A DNA stretch of 64,000 nt from Guillardia theta CCMP2712. Taxonomy: Eukaryota > Protista > Cryptophyta. This document shows positions 49,624-63,479 of this stretch, one piece after another; positions within the stretch are counted from its first letter, which is position 1; each line of letters starts with the position of its first letter. A program made the position numbers and the translations under genes. The notes under the pieces were generated by a model. That model did not search any database. It saw nothing but the letters and a program-made list of their open reading frames with translations, and was not told the origin of the DNA. The stretch spans positions 884,259 to 948,258 of the forward strand of contig NW_005434655.1 in NCBI RefSeq assembly GCF_000315625.1. Direction: 5' to 3'.

Positions 49624-50277
49624 TGTGCAGGAGTAAATTACCAGGGAACTGCTGACATGTCGGAGGTTGCTTAAAATAGATTTAATACTATATAAGGTTT
49701 TTGTGTTCTTTTAATATATATATACAGACTCACAGTTGGTCACAAGATCATTGCTTCGAAAACTCCGTGCCAGTCAAATCAGAAATTGTGTTATCTACTT
49801 CAAAGTTTCAAAAACTCAAAGCGAGACAATTTCAAAGATAATAAAGCAATTTCAATCTTCAGAATTGCCTGTCAGTGCTGGGGTCACGTTACTATATCAG
49901 ATATCGGAGTCACTTACAGGAAGAAGAGTCGCAAGCAAAAGGGCACACTCGGATCATAGGATAATGACGGACGGGGGCCGGCCCGGGCCGGCCCGCGGGG
50001 CGCTGCGGGGGGTTCAAGTTGCCCGGCCCGGCCGGGTCCGCGGCGCGCCGTAAGACACAGTTTTTGCTCAAGACAGATTTTTTGCCAAGTTGTCAAGTTG
50101 TCTGACTGAGTCTGAGCCTCCGTGTTTCGAACGCCGCCGGGTGACTACGGCATGGTCGGCCGTCAGACTCGATTGCCAGTTGACTCCGAGCCAGTGTTCC
50201 GGAACGGTCCGTCACCGGCGGGTGGAAGAGTCACGGGCCGGGTCACAGTGTCACTAACGCCGCGGACTCGGGCCGGG

Positions 50278-50364
50278 GTTTGGCTCGGAACTTCGGAAAC
50301 TTGGCCGCCGTCAGTCACAGCCCGGCCCGGCCTGAGGCCAAGTTTCCGAAGTTCCGAGCCAAAC
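50278..50364. repeat. Perfect 29-bp inverted repeat with 29-nt spacer
   Basis: GTTTGGCTCGGAACTTCGGAAACTTGGCC (50278-50306) and its exact reverse complement (50336-50364). Confidence 0.9.
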
Positions 50365-50986
50365 TCAGAGTCACGCCAAGTTTCCGAAGTTCCCTAAACC
50401 CGGCGTTTGAACCGTTGAACCCTAAACCGTTTGAACCGTTGAACGGACTCCGGGACGGTCCGATCCCGGCGCACTCAGACTGCGAACCGGTCACGGTGGT
50501 CCGTTTATGTGGTTTCAATAGTATTGTCATAAACAATACAAAACATAGAACTTGAAATTTGCAGAGTTTATTGCACTGAGTATCATAGTGCGCCAGGGCA
50601 TGCATGCGGCGGTTTCGTGATGTAACCGGCAGGCATTTGTAGTAGGTTTGCCCTTCTTTTTCAGTCAATAAAGGGGATCGTAGTAACCATCTTGCAGGAA
50701 GTTGCCATGGTTGCCTGCGGTAAAGATGGTGGAGAAGATTCAAGCAATAAAGACAAAAGGGAGATGAGGCAGAAGTGAAGGGAATCCAAATGGACCCTCT
50801 GCTGGGCATGACTCAAGGTCAATGTCCCCCTCACAGCAATTAGCAAGATATTTCTGCGCAAGGCATTCGACGAGATCTGGCCCAGAAAATTGGAACAGAT
50901 CCTTGTCGTATCTCGCTTTGGGTTGGTGTACCCGTAACTCAAAACAATTTCCACTCGACGAGTAAGGAACATCAAGATAGGTTGAA

Positions 50987-53090
50987 ATGGAGAAGGAGGA
51001 TGAACCGCGTTGGAAAACTCCGGAGGTCAATGATGGTAGAATCCTTGTAGCTCGCCGCAACCTTCGGATCCATCAGAGAAATCACAGCTGGGGAAGTGAG
51101 CAATACCTGCAGAAGGCCAGCAGTAACAAAGGATTTGATTTTAGTCAGCTCGACTTGGACCAGCTTGACGATGAAACTGAAGGAGATCAGCCTCGTGATG
51201 CTAAGACAAGCATCGGAGGATCGAGCGAGGAGGAGGAGGAGAGGCCGCCTTCAAGAAGATGGGAGCCTTCTTCTTCGCTGCACTGCATCTGCATGGTCTC
51301 AGACTTCTTCTACCCTGACGCGGGAGGAGTTGAGAACCACATGTACATGCTCAGCCAGTGCCTCCTTCAGCTCGGCCACAAAGTGATAGTTGTGACACGA
51401 GCCAGAGGTAACAGGCAGGGGGTCAGGTGGCTCACCAACGGGCTAAAGGTCTACTATCTGCCTCTCATGCCCATGCCCGACGTCTTCTCCTCTGGACGAG
51501 TGACCTTGCCGACACTGTTCAGCTCGTGGCCCATCTTTCGCTTCATCTGCATACGAGAGCGAGTGACCATCGTCCATGGACACCAGGCGTTCAGCATCAT
51601 CTGCCATGAGAGTTTGATGCATGCAGGAACAATGGGGCTAAAAGTGATCTTCACTGATCATTCTCTCTTCGGCTTCTCTGACCCTTCAGCTATTCACATG
51701 AACAAGGTCCTCAACTTCACTTTATCTTGCATCAACCACGTTATCTGCGTGTCGCACACAAGCAAGGAAAACACAGTTCTGCGAGCTAGCATCGAGCCAT
51801 CGCACGTTTCCGTCATCCCAAATGCGGTAGACACATCAGTGTTCACTCCGAACCCCACGGCGAGGAAGAGCAACTGCATTACCATCGTTTGCATAACACG
51901 GCTGGTCTACCGCAAAGGAGTCGACCTGATGGTGGAGATAATTCCTTCCATCTGCCAGCAGTTCGAGCATGTCAACTTTGTCATCGGTAAGGGTGCTCGT
52001 GTCTGCTCTTTTGGTGAGTGGTGACGGCAGGTGGCGACGGGCCGATGAGGGTGGCGCTAGAACAAATGCGGGAGAACCATCAGCTACAGGACCGGGTAGA
52101 AATGCTGGGACACGTGCGGCACACCGACGTGCGGAATGTGCTTGTGCGAGGACACATTTACCTCAACTGCTCGCTGACTGAAGCATTCTGCATCGCAATC
52201 CTTGAAGCTGCCAGCTGCGGGCTGCTGGTTGTGAGCACGAGAGTGGGAGGAGTGCCAGAAGTAATGCCCTCACACATGATCAAGTATGCTTCACCTGACG
52301 CAAACTCCCTCATCGAGGTAATGCAGCAGATAATCGTGATGCAGATGATGACGATGATGATATGGAGGAGGAGGAGGAGGAGTAGCACGAGGAAAGAATG
52401 CCTTGAAAAAAAAGTTATTTGAGATATGCATTTTTGACATTTCTTGTAGGTACTCAAGGTTGCGATCAGCAAGGTGAAGGGCTACAATCACAAAATTTAA
52501 TCTCACCCACGGCTTTGATAGGATGTGAAGGAGGTTGTGCCATCCGAGTTTCACGCCAAGTGATTGTTGTGATCGCATGAAATTTCTTTCATAACCTTTT
52601 GTCAGCATCAAGAAGATGTATTCGTGGCATGATGTAGCCAAAAGGACTTGTAAAGTCTACGACCGGGTGGTGCAAGACAAGCCGAAGCCATTGCTGGAGA
52701 GGCTCAAGAGGTGCCATTCCCGAGGTGATCTTCGTATTTCGTTCATTTCGTTTCTGGTCACCAACGCCCCCCCCCTTCGCTTTTGTCTCCTTTCCTCTGC
52801 ATTACCTGGCCTCATCTGCTCCTTCAGCACTTCATTGCTTTTGCGTTTGCTTTCACATCCTTGTATCCTTCTCTCTGGCTACCGCAAAGAGATCATTTTC
52901 GGTTCCGTACTCAATGGTATCTCAGGTCCATTTTTCGGCATCTTGATTGCTTTTCTCGTTGCTGTTGATTTCATAGTTTGGCAAATTATGTGAGGTTTAT
53001 AGATGGTTTGCGCCTAACAACTCAATTCGTTTCAAGTTGTTGGATATACCCTGAGGAAGATATTGAGATCGCTGTGGACTACCCCTATCA
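50987..53090 (+). CDS. PIGA: Phosphatidylinositol N-acetylglucosaminyltransferase subunit A (GPI anchor biosynthesis), multi-exon
   Basis: [97 protein letters not shown]. Both termini are approximate. Confidence 0.93.
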
Positions 53091-54332
53091 TCACAACGTG
53101 TCGTCCCTTTTCTTGGTTTCGTCTGCCTGACCAGTTGTTCTTTAGGTTAATAAGCAAAAGCAAAGCACAAAGCCTATCGAGCGCATGTGAAATATTTCTT
53201 CTCCTCTCCCTCCTCCTTCTTCAAAACCATGTTCTGCTCCTCCTTTTTGTCCGTGTTGTCGATACCCTCCTTTGTCTCCTCCACCCTCGTTGCCGTTGTT
53301 GTGATAGTCATGATCATTACCATTACCACCACCGCCACTACCACCAACATCAGGCTCCTTTCTTTGAACACATGAATGCCCAACACGGCCTTCTTTGCTT
53401 TCTTGGTTTGATGTTGTTATGACTTGCCTGACAGAAAAGACGCGCCTCGTTCGGAAGCACCTCAAGCTTTACCCCCGTGAGCCCCATCAGCTGTTCTTGC
53501 TTGGGCTGACCTCCAATGGCAGTCAGAGACCTCAGGCTAGGAGAGCACTTGTGGGCATGTTTGAGGAACAAGGTTCAGACAATCCACTTGCAGTCCTTTC
53601 TTTGACTCTCTCGCAGTCAACGGAAGGGATGGAGAGGATCTTCTTCCACCTGTCAGGGCAGGTTGGTCGAGCCAAGAGGTGAAGAAGGTCAACTCAGAGG
53701 AAGCGATCTCGTCCTCGTCGTCAGGTAGTGCATGCTTCATTTGGATCTGTACTCACAGAGATGAAGATGCGGATTTTGACGATGGAGAGGAGGGGACAAG
53801 AGGTGATTCTCGTTTCAACTTCCTGTTGGTTTACCGAATTCTTAGATTTGCTGGACACAAGCCTTGGACGCGACGAGGATGATACCAGGGGAGGTGGGAA
53901 AAAAGTCGGAACCGAATCTGAGCATGAGGGGATGGTGAGAGGTTTTAAGGATGGAGAGACGAAGGAGGGATTAAGAGAAGGAGACGGCATTCAAGCCTCA
54001 CTTCATGAACCGGGCTGGAAGAAGTTTCTCGGGCCCGTTGCAAACAATCGGGAGTACTAAAGAATATTTTGAAACGAACATCACTACACTTTTACAGATA
54101 AAAGACACAAGAAAAAAATCAGCTTCATACATCAACCAACTAAACTTGAACGATCGATCCAATGCACAAAAGCCATTACAAGAGGAAGAGTTTCAGCGGA
54201 ACGCAAGGGTGTCAAGGGCGACAGCAAGAACCCAAGCGCAGCTGAGATAGATGAGGGTCCTGCAGACCCTGCCAGTGGTTCGACATGATACACTTCATTC
54301 CCACCTTATGCTACAAGTCTCCCTCCCCTCTC

Positions 54333-56490
54333 TCATGGCCTCGTGCCCTCTGAGCGGTTTCCACCAAGAACGCCTTCCAGCTGCTTCGGGTCTCTTGCGC
54401 TTAACCCGTTGCTAAGCTGGAGAGGAGCTGAACCGGAGTCGTCGAGTCCATAAGCTGCCTGCATGGCCAGGCTCGAAGTCATGACCTCAGCCTGCATCAC
54501 AGCCATGGTCCCTCCACCGCCCGTTCCTGAGAACGCCTCCATCTCCTGGTCATCTTCTCCGACGTCTTCGACCACTTCAACTGGTTCACGGATGGAGGAG
54601 ACGTCTGCGTCCTCTTTTGGCACTACTCCTATCAGTCGCCGATGTAGAGTGATCTCGATTTCCCCCCTATATGGTCCTCGAAGAAGTCCCTGTAACAATG
54701 CCGACGTCAGCAGTTTCATCTCACACTCACCCTGCCTAACTTTCTTCTCATAGCTCTACTGATTTCCTTCAACTTCCGCAGTCTTCAATTCCTTCTCCCT
54801 ACTCGCGATTCTTTTCTACTCAAGAGATCAGAACTAGATAAACTACCCGAACAAAGCCTCTACTTGCTACATTTTTCTCCGCTGTTCCTCCTCCCTCTCC
54901 TCATCTTACCAGCGTGACTGGGGTTCCTGGTTCTCCTGCACATCGTCGCAGCACATGTTCAGGCAGCCAAACAGGGAAGTTATCCACACTCGTGATAACA
55001 TCACCAACTTCCACCCCTCCCACTTGAGCCGGCATTCCAACCAACAGCCCCATCACTACCACCTCCCCCCTGTGCGTGACGTTCAGCCGCAGCCCTATGC
55101 CCACCAGAGAAACAAGCTCAGGCCCTCCTTCATACTGGTTTGCACTTTCTTCTAACTTGCCAGGACGACCAACGATGCGTGTGATGGTTTTCTTAGGAGG
55201 GTCCAACCCCATCTGCTCAGCATCTGCCCTTGATATTCTCACTGGTTGCATGCTCCAAGTGTTCTTGCGCACCCTTCGGACGTATCGCTCAACATCTGTA
55301 GGGTCGGGATCCGGAATTCTTCCACGATCGGTCCAAGTGCCCAGAAACAACGGGAGACCGTCACCGTAATCTACCTCTCTGTCAGCCTCAATAATCTCTC
55401 CTCCCCACGCATCATGCCACGGGCGTCCGTGTATCACACTATCGTAAATTTCCATGGCAGCCAAGTGAGCTTCGTTTCCTGCAACGAAGGCACTTTTGTT
55501 GTCTTTGATCAAACATGCTTGCACTGTCATTTTTGCTTCCTCGTCGACCATGAGACCTCCTATCTTACAACCTTGAATCGTACAACCGTTGACTTCCACT
55601 ACGCTGGCATGGCATGCACTGATTCCGATATATTCAGTATTTTCTACCAGACAATCTTCAATGCAGACTTGTGACAGTTGCCAGCATAAGACACCCCACC
55701 CCGACAGACTGGAGCTATCAGTCAACCCTCCCAGGGTGCATCGTCTCATGTGCGCGTCTGGGCCCGGAAAATGATCAACAATTTTACCACCTCCTCGGTA
55801 ACTGTCATCAAAGACATACTTCCCTCCACAGCACCAGACGGCCTTGCTGAATTCTCCCGTGCACCGTATCTCGCACTCTTCAACTAACCAAGCACCACCT
55901 TCCAAAAAAAGACAAAAATCGTGTACAGTCGGTTCCTGATACCAAATTCTCATCAGTTGTAAAGTCCCCCCGCCTTCTTCAGGCTTCCATGTTTCTATGT
56001 CGACTGGCTGCTGCAGCACCACCTTTCCTTTCAACAAGGGCTTTTCGCTGCCCGCCAGATCTCCTTGCAACAACAATTTCTTGTTGATCTCAATCTCCGG
56101 TCTGAAGTGCTTGGGTTCATTGCCGTGAAATAGTCCCCCTTTGATTAAGTGCTCTCCAATCTGATGTTCACCTTCTCGTAAGGTAATTACCTGAAACAAT
56201 GTCATTTCTTCACTCAAACTCCAACAACTTACATCTGGACTTCCAGCTGCTTGAAATGCTTCATTCAGTGTTGGAAAGTGATCCGGAACCAGAACCCCAA
56301 TGCTTTTCTTCGGATGAAAGGATGCTGAACTTCCAGTACCCTCAAACGAATTCCCCAAAGAATTAACTGGTCCGGTCGAGCCCAAGCTGAAATCATAAAG
56401 GTCGCTCACCACAGCTAAAAGAAGGAAGATGGGAAGATGCCATCCGGAAGGCAGTCTTCGCCTTCTTGCAAACTTATGCTGCATTTGCAT
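54333..56490 (-). CDS. Signal-peptide protein with right-handed beta-helix (pectin-lyase-like) domain and C-terminal PDZ domain
   Basis: VLVPDHFPTLNEAF..ITLREGEH, repeated IEDCLVEN/VNGCTIQG/VQACLIKD, PDZ VGIGLRL..VMGLLVGMPA..VEVGDVITSVD..GEPGTPVTL. A second PDZ-like tail LLRGPYRGEIEITL is in ORF 54333-54719. Confidence 0.7.
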
Positions 56491-57249
56491 CTTTCCCGGC
56501 CTGCTGACTCTGAATTCTCACAAATTCTATCTCAGGTCAATCAAAGCCTGTTCAACTTGAGATTCCTGTCTTCGACAATCAAAGCCGACTTGCCGTCCAG
56601 TGAAAACCAGGAGGGCTGTCAGGAAAGGTGGGGGGGACAGCGCCCCCCCCCTCAGTAAGTGCTGAAGAGAGCGGCTGTCCAACTCTTGTCGCTCGTCTAG
56701 GCTTCAAGATCCTGTTCTCCTGTGCAATCGAGCCCTTGGGCTGTATGTACTTTCAGCAAACTTTCAACATCAGTTCCTAGAGTGTCTTGTGGATTTTCGA
56801 AGCTTCAAGATCGATATTAAATGTATCGAGTAAGTTTGATGCCGACCTTCCAAATCTGTTACTTCCAACTCGTATCACTACAAAACAACTCCTGACGCAC
56901 GAGCAGATGTCGGAGTAGAGACTGCTCGCCTTGAAAGGAACAAACAATCAAAAGCAAGACGGAAATGCTCTATAGAAGTGAAGGAGGAAGAGCAGAGGCG
57001 AAGGAGCGGCTCTGCTACCACGCGCGGCTCTTCTACCATTGTGGCCTCCCTCCTCTCCCGCCATCCTCTCCCGCTGGTTGCGCCCGCAGCTGCGGCAGGG
57101 ATGGTGGTCTGAGTGGGACTGAGGGGCTGAGCGCTAGAAACCGAGCCGGGCCGGGCCTCCCCGGGTCACGGCAGGTCACTGCAAGGTCACCGGTTGAGCC
57201 TGAAAATGGCTGTGGGAGTACAAGCAATAGAGCAAGCGCTGATGTGAGT

Positions 57250-57446
57250 GGGAGGAGGGAGGAGGGAGGAGGGAGGAGGGAGGAGGGAGGAGGGAGGAGG
57301 GAGGAGGGAGGAGGGAGGAGGGAGGAGGGAGGAGGGAGGAGGGAGGAGGGAGGAGGGAGGAGGGAGGAGGGAGGAGGGAGGAGGGAGGAGGGAGGAGGGA
57401 GGAGGGAGGAGAGAGGAGGGAGGAGGGAGGAGGGAGGAGGGAGGGA
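57250..57446. repeat. (GGGAGGA)n heptamer satellite
   Basis: Directly visible tandem run. Confidence 0.9.
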
Positions 57447-57463
57447 AGAGAAGGGGATGGAAG

Positions 57464-60146
57464 CATGAGATATTTCTGGTAATACAATGTTGAGATGATG
57501 GCGAAGGGCTCATGTTTGTGTGTGAGTGAAAACTTGCCAGGGATCACCCTCATCATATTCTCGAAGCACTCTTCTCCTGGCAGACTCTTGGAAATGCTGC
57601 GATGAAGGCATGCACACTTGCAGACATCTGTAGGCCTCTGATGTAGTGTCACAGGTGGGATGCTTTGAAAGGGCTGCGACGGCCTACCAAAAGATGCTCC
57701 AACTTTCGGCTTCGAACCGACAGCTAGTAGATTCTCTTTGAATCTTCTCTTGATGAACTCAAAGTGCATCCCTGGAACAGGCTGCATGGGAAGGTGCCGC
57801 GCACGCAAACTTGGGATGTCTTGCCATCCTGACGGGACAGGAAAGAATTTCATGGTGAAAAAGCTGGAGAATTGACTGATTGATAGGTGACAGTTGCAAA
57901 AGTTCATTTCGAACAAGAAGAATCTTGTGCAAGCAAGTGCAATAGAAGCGAGTGGGTGCTCAAGGCAAGGTGATACTGTGAGGTCAAGGTGTCGTGATGT
58001 TCTAATTCACTGCAAATCAGAAGGAAACATGAGATTGCAAACACTATGCTCCTTCTTGGAATAATGAATCAGGTAACACGAATCCGAAGAGTCCATATGC
58101 TGACAGCAATCGTAAGGAAACTTCGGGTCAAGGTGTTGAGCTGAATGGTTAGGTTTTGATAATTTGTTTCCCAAACTTATTGTCACTCAAAGAAACTTCC
58201 GAGATCCAAGAGAGGTTACAGAATTTCAGCAAGCTCACTGCCGATAGTAGCAGTGGTTTGATCGGTTGCCATTCGTGTCGCTCCAATATTCTATGCCTGA
58301 TTGTAAGCAGATGCAGAAAGGATCGCGTTTTTTGCACGATCCGTTCAGGTTATCCTGCCCTTCTCGATCATGGAGTTTGACGGATTATTCGAAGAAACAT
58401 GCAAGGTTAAGGAATGTTGTAGAATCGACGCGTAGAAGGATCAGCGATGGCAATGCATCAAACTCGGTTGCCGGAATATCAAAGATTGCATCGTTTGATC
58501 TCATGCAAATAGGCGGATGTCCTTCCAGTGTTGACCTACTTCCGTGCTCTTACAGACGCACATGGGAGGAGGAGAGTGCAGGCTACGGCCTGCAATGATC
58601 TTGGTTCTTGTTTTTCATCATGCTCAGTTGTAACATCTGCTGCAGGACATGCGCTAAGCACCATTGGTGATGATGAGCTGAGCATAGCTTGGCATAAGAA
58701 AGCATTGAGACATCACTTGTCCATCGATGATGTTTGATATGCTTGGATCCTGATTGACTTGTGATGATTTGAGATTAGATTGAGGGCATTGAGACTGACA
58801 TTGATTACTTGCTCTCTTTGTTTACTCGTCTCGGTTGGTGCACGTGTAGGAATTTTCTTTCTCTGACGTAATGGTTTAAGATGCACACCAAATGCGCCTG
58901 AAACAATGGATTGAAGTGAAGCAAAGAATTAGGTGTGGATGGATATCCCTTCGTTGTGTAGAAGTGGATGTTTGTTTGTCAATCATTCACTTCTCGCTGC
59001 CTCTCATTGACATCACGTTTCAGCTCTTCGCAAGGATCCTCCTATCGAGACGTTTTGAACCTCATACGATCGATGATTAATGACACCAAGGTAGTTTGTG
59101 CAGCATTGGAATGTTAAGTGGTCTTGACTCGTTTCTGATAGTTGGACTCCTCTAACAGTACACCTACGGCAGATCAGTCCGAGGTAGAACAGCTGGAAGC
59201 AAACAAGATTTCCAATGTTGTTTTTGTATTGCACGTCTAAAATGTAACTTGATTTTTATACTTCAGAGGGCCAGCGAAGATGCTCTTTCTGCGCAGCAAA
59301 CTTGGAATGCTGTCACGCCAAGTTCGTCCTCAGTATCAAATTCGGAGGTGGCATTTACAGCAGGAAGTTTAGACGGATGGGAAGCACAGGGTCCTCCAGA
59401 GCGCTCGTCTAGTCGAGGAAGCATTCCAAGGGCCGAGTGCATCGTGATCAACCAGGACATACATCACCTTCAGATGCACTCCTCAAGCGAGTCCTCCTTC
59501 ATTCCGTCAGCCGTGAACTCCTCTTTTGTTAACTTGCCGCATTGGACGAGACATGAAGGATATCTGAAGCAGGTATTCAACTGTCCTTGTGGCAGATATT
59601 GCAATGCTCGAGTGTTATACATGCATACAATGGTTTTGCTGATTGCATCATGACAATGGGAACTACCCCGTATACCCTTTCACCCTGCTCCTGATTGATT
59701 TTACGAAATGTGTCTTTGGTTTGTTATTTGCTTCTGAGCAGCGTGAGCAGAAAGTCGGAATTTTGAACACTTGGAAGGAAAGGAGGGTCGTCGCTTCACT
59801 TGGCATTCTGGAAATTTACAGGAGTGCAGACAGGACTAACGGTCATTGACGTCGAGACACTTTCTGCGTCTCATTTCAAGGGCAGGAAAGCAAGTGAATG
59901 ATAGGCAAGGAGCAACTCCAGCAGTCGACAACAGCATCACCCTCAGAGTGACCAGTAATGGACATGGTTATCCTTGCTTATGGGACTTCACAGGCGGAGC
60001 TAAGAGACTGTGCGGTCCTTTCAAAGCAGTTTGGAAGACAGGTGGTGTTGGGCAGCCCTTTCACCTTTGACTTGCCCCTCCAGCACTTCGGGATCGAAGT
60101 AAAACTTCACAACGGCAACAAGATCCACTTTGCGGCGCAGGGGTAG
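57464..60146 (+). CDS. Hypothetical multi-exon protein with a possible TPR-like segment
   Basis: Coding-like fragments such as AAGHALSTIGDDELSIAWHKKAL, ending with ORF 59958-60146; exon structure not resolved. Confidence 0.3.
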
Positions 60147-60494
60147 TGGCTGACAACGACAAATCGTCCGTTTCACTGATTTGCAATTAGGGTGATGGAA
60201 CAATCGAGATGGATTGAAGTCATACAGATGCAATCTTCGAACTGGTGCGAGGGAATGGCTTGTCTGTACAGTTGATTGATGTGATATGCACAGGCATACC
60301 AATGCTCGACATTCTGTTCGATGATATCGACATCTTTACGACATCAACTATTGCAATTACATGAGCATTAGTTTAGCTTTCCCAACATGTAATGCTAGCT
60401 AAATTTATTTCTCAAACAAGATAGCGGGGGAGGTCTCAGTCATTCTCTTTTATGAACGACTTGAAGCACATTCTCAGAAATCATGGATTTTTGT

Positions 60495-61354
60495 TCAGTC
60501 ACTGTTGCTGTCGTACCTTCCTGAGTGAAAATCAGACAGACGGACGGGACCAGATTCCTTGCGTTTCTCTTCCTTCTTTTTCTTCTTCCTCTGCCCCTGT
60601 CACGATCAAACAGTCAATACAACTGAAGGAATACTAGGAGGGATACTACATCATCATCACTGTCACTGCTGCTGCTGCTGCTGCTGCTGTCACTGCTGCT
60701 GTCGCTGCTGGTTGACGCATCTCGCTTTCGTTTCTTGGCTCCACTATCTGCTTCGGATCCCCTGTATCCACTCCATAAGGTTGTAAAGTTTGAACGAGCG
60801 CGAATGCCTGCTGGCCTCAGCTTTCTTCTTCTGCTCCTTCTTTTCACGCTTGAGCCGCTTCTTCTCTCTCTTCTTCTCCTTCTTGTCTTTTTTCTCCTTC
60901 TTCGACTTTTTGTCCTACAAACACTGTCAGTGCAGGTTGACTCTGGGGTAAGTGAAAACCTTCTTGCTCTTTCCTGTTAAGTGTTTGTTATTCATACCTT
61001 TAGAAAGCTGCAAGTGTGAATTCGCACTAGATCAGCTGTCATACATGGCGATCTTACCTTGCGATTTCGCTCCTCATCTAGAAGTCTGCGGTAGTCCGCT
61101 TGTTCCTTCTCAATACCAGACCCAAGCCGATCTGAAAGTTGCTCTTTGTGTTTTTCTTTGAAGTCTTCCCAGGACATCCTTGGCTTTCGGTTGATTAGCG
61201 ACTCGATGTACTTCTGCTCGAACTCCGAGGTATGCCTGGTTCCATTGTCGTCCTGCCTTCATTGTAACTAGCCGTCGGTTCAGAGTTACCTCACAGGATA
61301 ATCTTCCTCGGCCTCCTGGCTGTTGAATTGCGGCTTCTTCGACGTTCGCCCCAT
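60495..61354 (-). CDS. FAM133-like Lys/Ser-rich protein, multi-exon
   Basis: RKPRMSWEDFKEKHKEQL..ADYRRLLDEERNRKL, then a K-rich and SSDS-rich tract and C-terminal GPVRLSDF. Confidence 0.65.
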
Positions 61355-61633
61355 GGCTAGAATGAGAAGGTGGAGGAGGGGGCAGTCAAGACGGCAGCCT
61401 GTCGCAGGACGAGGAGAGGAGGCGACAAGAACTACAAGTCTCAGTTGCTGCTCGCCATGAGAAAGATATGGCTGCCACAAAAAATTGCCGCAATGGGGTT
61501 CTTGATCTTTTCTTGATGGGACAACCAGGGGTGGGTCCCGTTTGAGCAGGTAGGGATGGTATATCAGGGGGTGGTGGGTCTGGTGGTCGATCGGAGTGGC
61601 AGGCTGCGAGATGGTGGAGGGGATGTTGAACTC

Positions 61634-63336
61634 GATGGGAGACAATGAAGCCATGCTAGAGAGGAGAAGGCGAGAATCTTCACGTGAGAGGAAAGACGAC
61701 TTAGAAACCCCCCCGTCAAGATCAAGAGCATATGGTGATGAAGATGATATTGAGGTGAGTTTTCGGACACCTGTTCGATGGTATGATTTGCTTTCAGGTA
61801 GATTGTTATGGTCCAAAAAGGAGACAAGGATCAAGGAAATCACGGATGTTAATCTTGACAGTAATCTTGGCTCTCTTTGTTGTCCTTATTTTTTCCCCCC
61901 TTTTCCTCGAGCTGGTTGGGTAAGGATATTTCCATCTTGTCGGGAGATTCCTAGATTCAAAGTCTTCTTTAGGTACAAGGATCTAACTTCAAAAATCGTG
62001 CTTTGGATTATGGGAAAGCAAGTACTTCAATCAAACTTTTGAGCAATATTAAATGAAAATCCAAAGTTTGATATCATGGTACAATGTATACAAGCGAGTA
62101 AATCAAGTTTGAAATTGTTTCAGCATCCTCATGGTGTTGGACGTAGAGAAGATGTTGGAAAGAATCTTGACAATTGGGTTTCATTGCTACCTCCCCCTGT
62201 AAGAGATAAATGCCTTGGTCGAATCTTGCCCTTCAAAATTTCCCCAGGCGCGAACTTACTCGTAGTAGATGTGACATGCGGCTGGAAGCTGCTTCTGAAC
62301 AATGAATGTCCGGCCAAATTTGCCGGGATCTTCGCCATCTTTGAGATTTGGGGAGTCTTAGTTTTAGTGACAAACATGATTCTTGGCTGGATGTCAATTG
62401 GTTGCATCTGGACTTCATGCTGTGACGGAAATCCTCACTCATGTGCCAGCATGATAGTTGACAAAACTTCACCTCAGATTGACGCCCGTTTGCGAAAGTT
62501 TGATTGCTTTGCAAGCTAAAGCCAAGTCTTCCTTCACTCCTGGTTCTGCCAGCGTCTAAGAGACAGTTTACGGAAGCGGCGAAGAAAAGCGTACGGAATT
62601 AGCTTCGATCGCGTGTTTTTGGAAAGCGCGTCGAGAGATCCCCTGCTGCAGGAGATTTTTGCCAAGTTCGTCATCTATAGCATTCAGTCACAACGGATCA
62701 AACACACCTGCAGGCACAATGTCTTTCCATGTCAACATCACCTGCGAACGAAGCACGTCCTCAGATGTGCGCATTCGTATCACAATGCTGACGGGTTCAT
62801 CTGCTTTCCCAGATACTCTGTTGGGTGCGCTCCGCCATCCTTGTCTATATGGTAGACTCAAAAAAGAGAGAACTTTTGAGACTTTTACGTGTGAACCTGT
62901 ACGAGAAGGCGCTATTCAGATGATCGGGCGAGGATTCAATCACGCTAATCTGAGCGAGTGCGCAATTGTCCGGTATTGCCTTACTAGCTTCAATGCTGAC
63001 ATCTATCGAACTTGATTTTTGTGAGGCCTCAACATGCACGTGTTTCTCTTGGTTTTCATTATGATCATGGAGAGATTGATTGAAAGGTCTTCCAATGACA
63101 TTTGACACCCTTGTTCCTGTTGCTTGAAGTTTAAGAAGCTGCCCGCCCCGTCCATGTTTCATCTTTTCATCGCTGTTTGTGGTGATGATTCAACATTTGA
63201 TAAAAAAAGAAAAAAGATGTTGAAGACTGGCAATAAAGATACCTTACCTGTATCTTGCATGCAGCAAAACGGCCACATCCATGCCAGCGGTTGCGTAATG
63301 GCGTGCTGCTTGACTCATGAAGAACTTGGCAGATGA
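61634..63336 (+). CDS. Hypothetical multi-exon protein
   Basis: Series of short coding-like segments with splice signals, divergent from the FAM133-like gene; no family recognised. Confidence 0.3.
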
Positions 63337-63479
63337 AAACCAGGGCCTCGATCGTTGTTCAAAAAAGCTTACAGTGATCGGGGAGTCACAGTCTTCGCTT
63401 CGTTCAGAGACTACGTGAGATTCGATGCCGATTCACTGGTAGTAGCCTGCCGCCACACGAGCCGCAGCAAGGCACTGGC

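Noticed and set aside
56965-57513. ORFs with (RREEGGG)n or (SSLLPPP)n
   Set aside because: Translations of the (GGGAGGA)n satellite.
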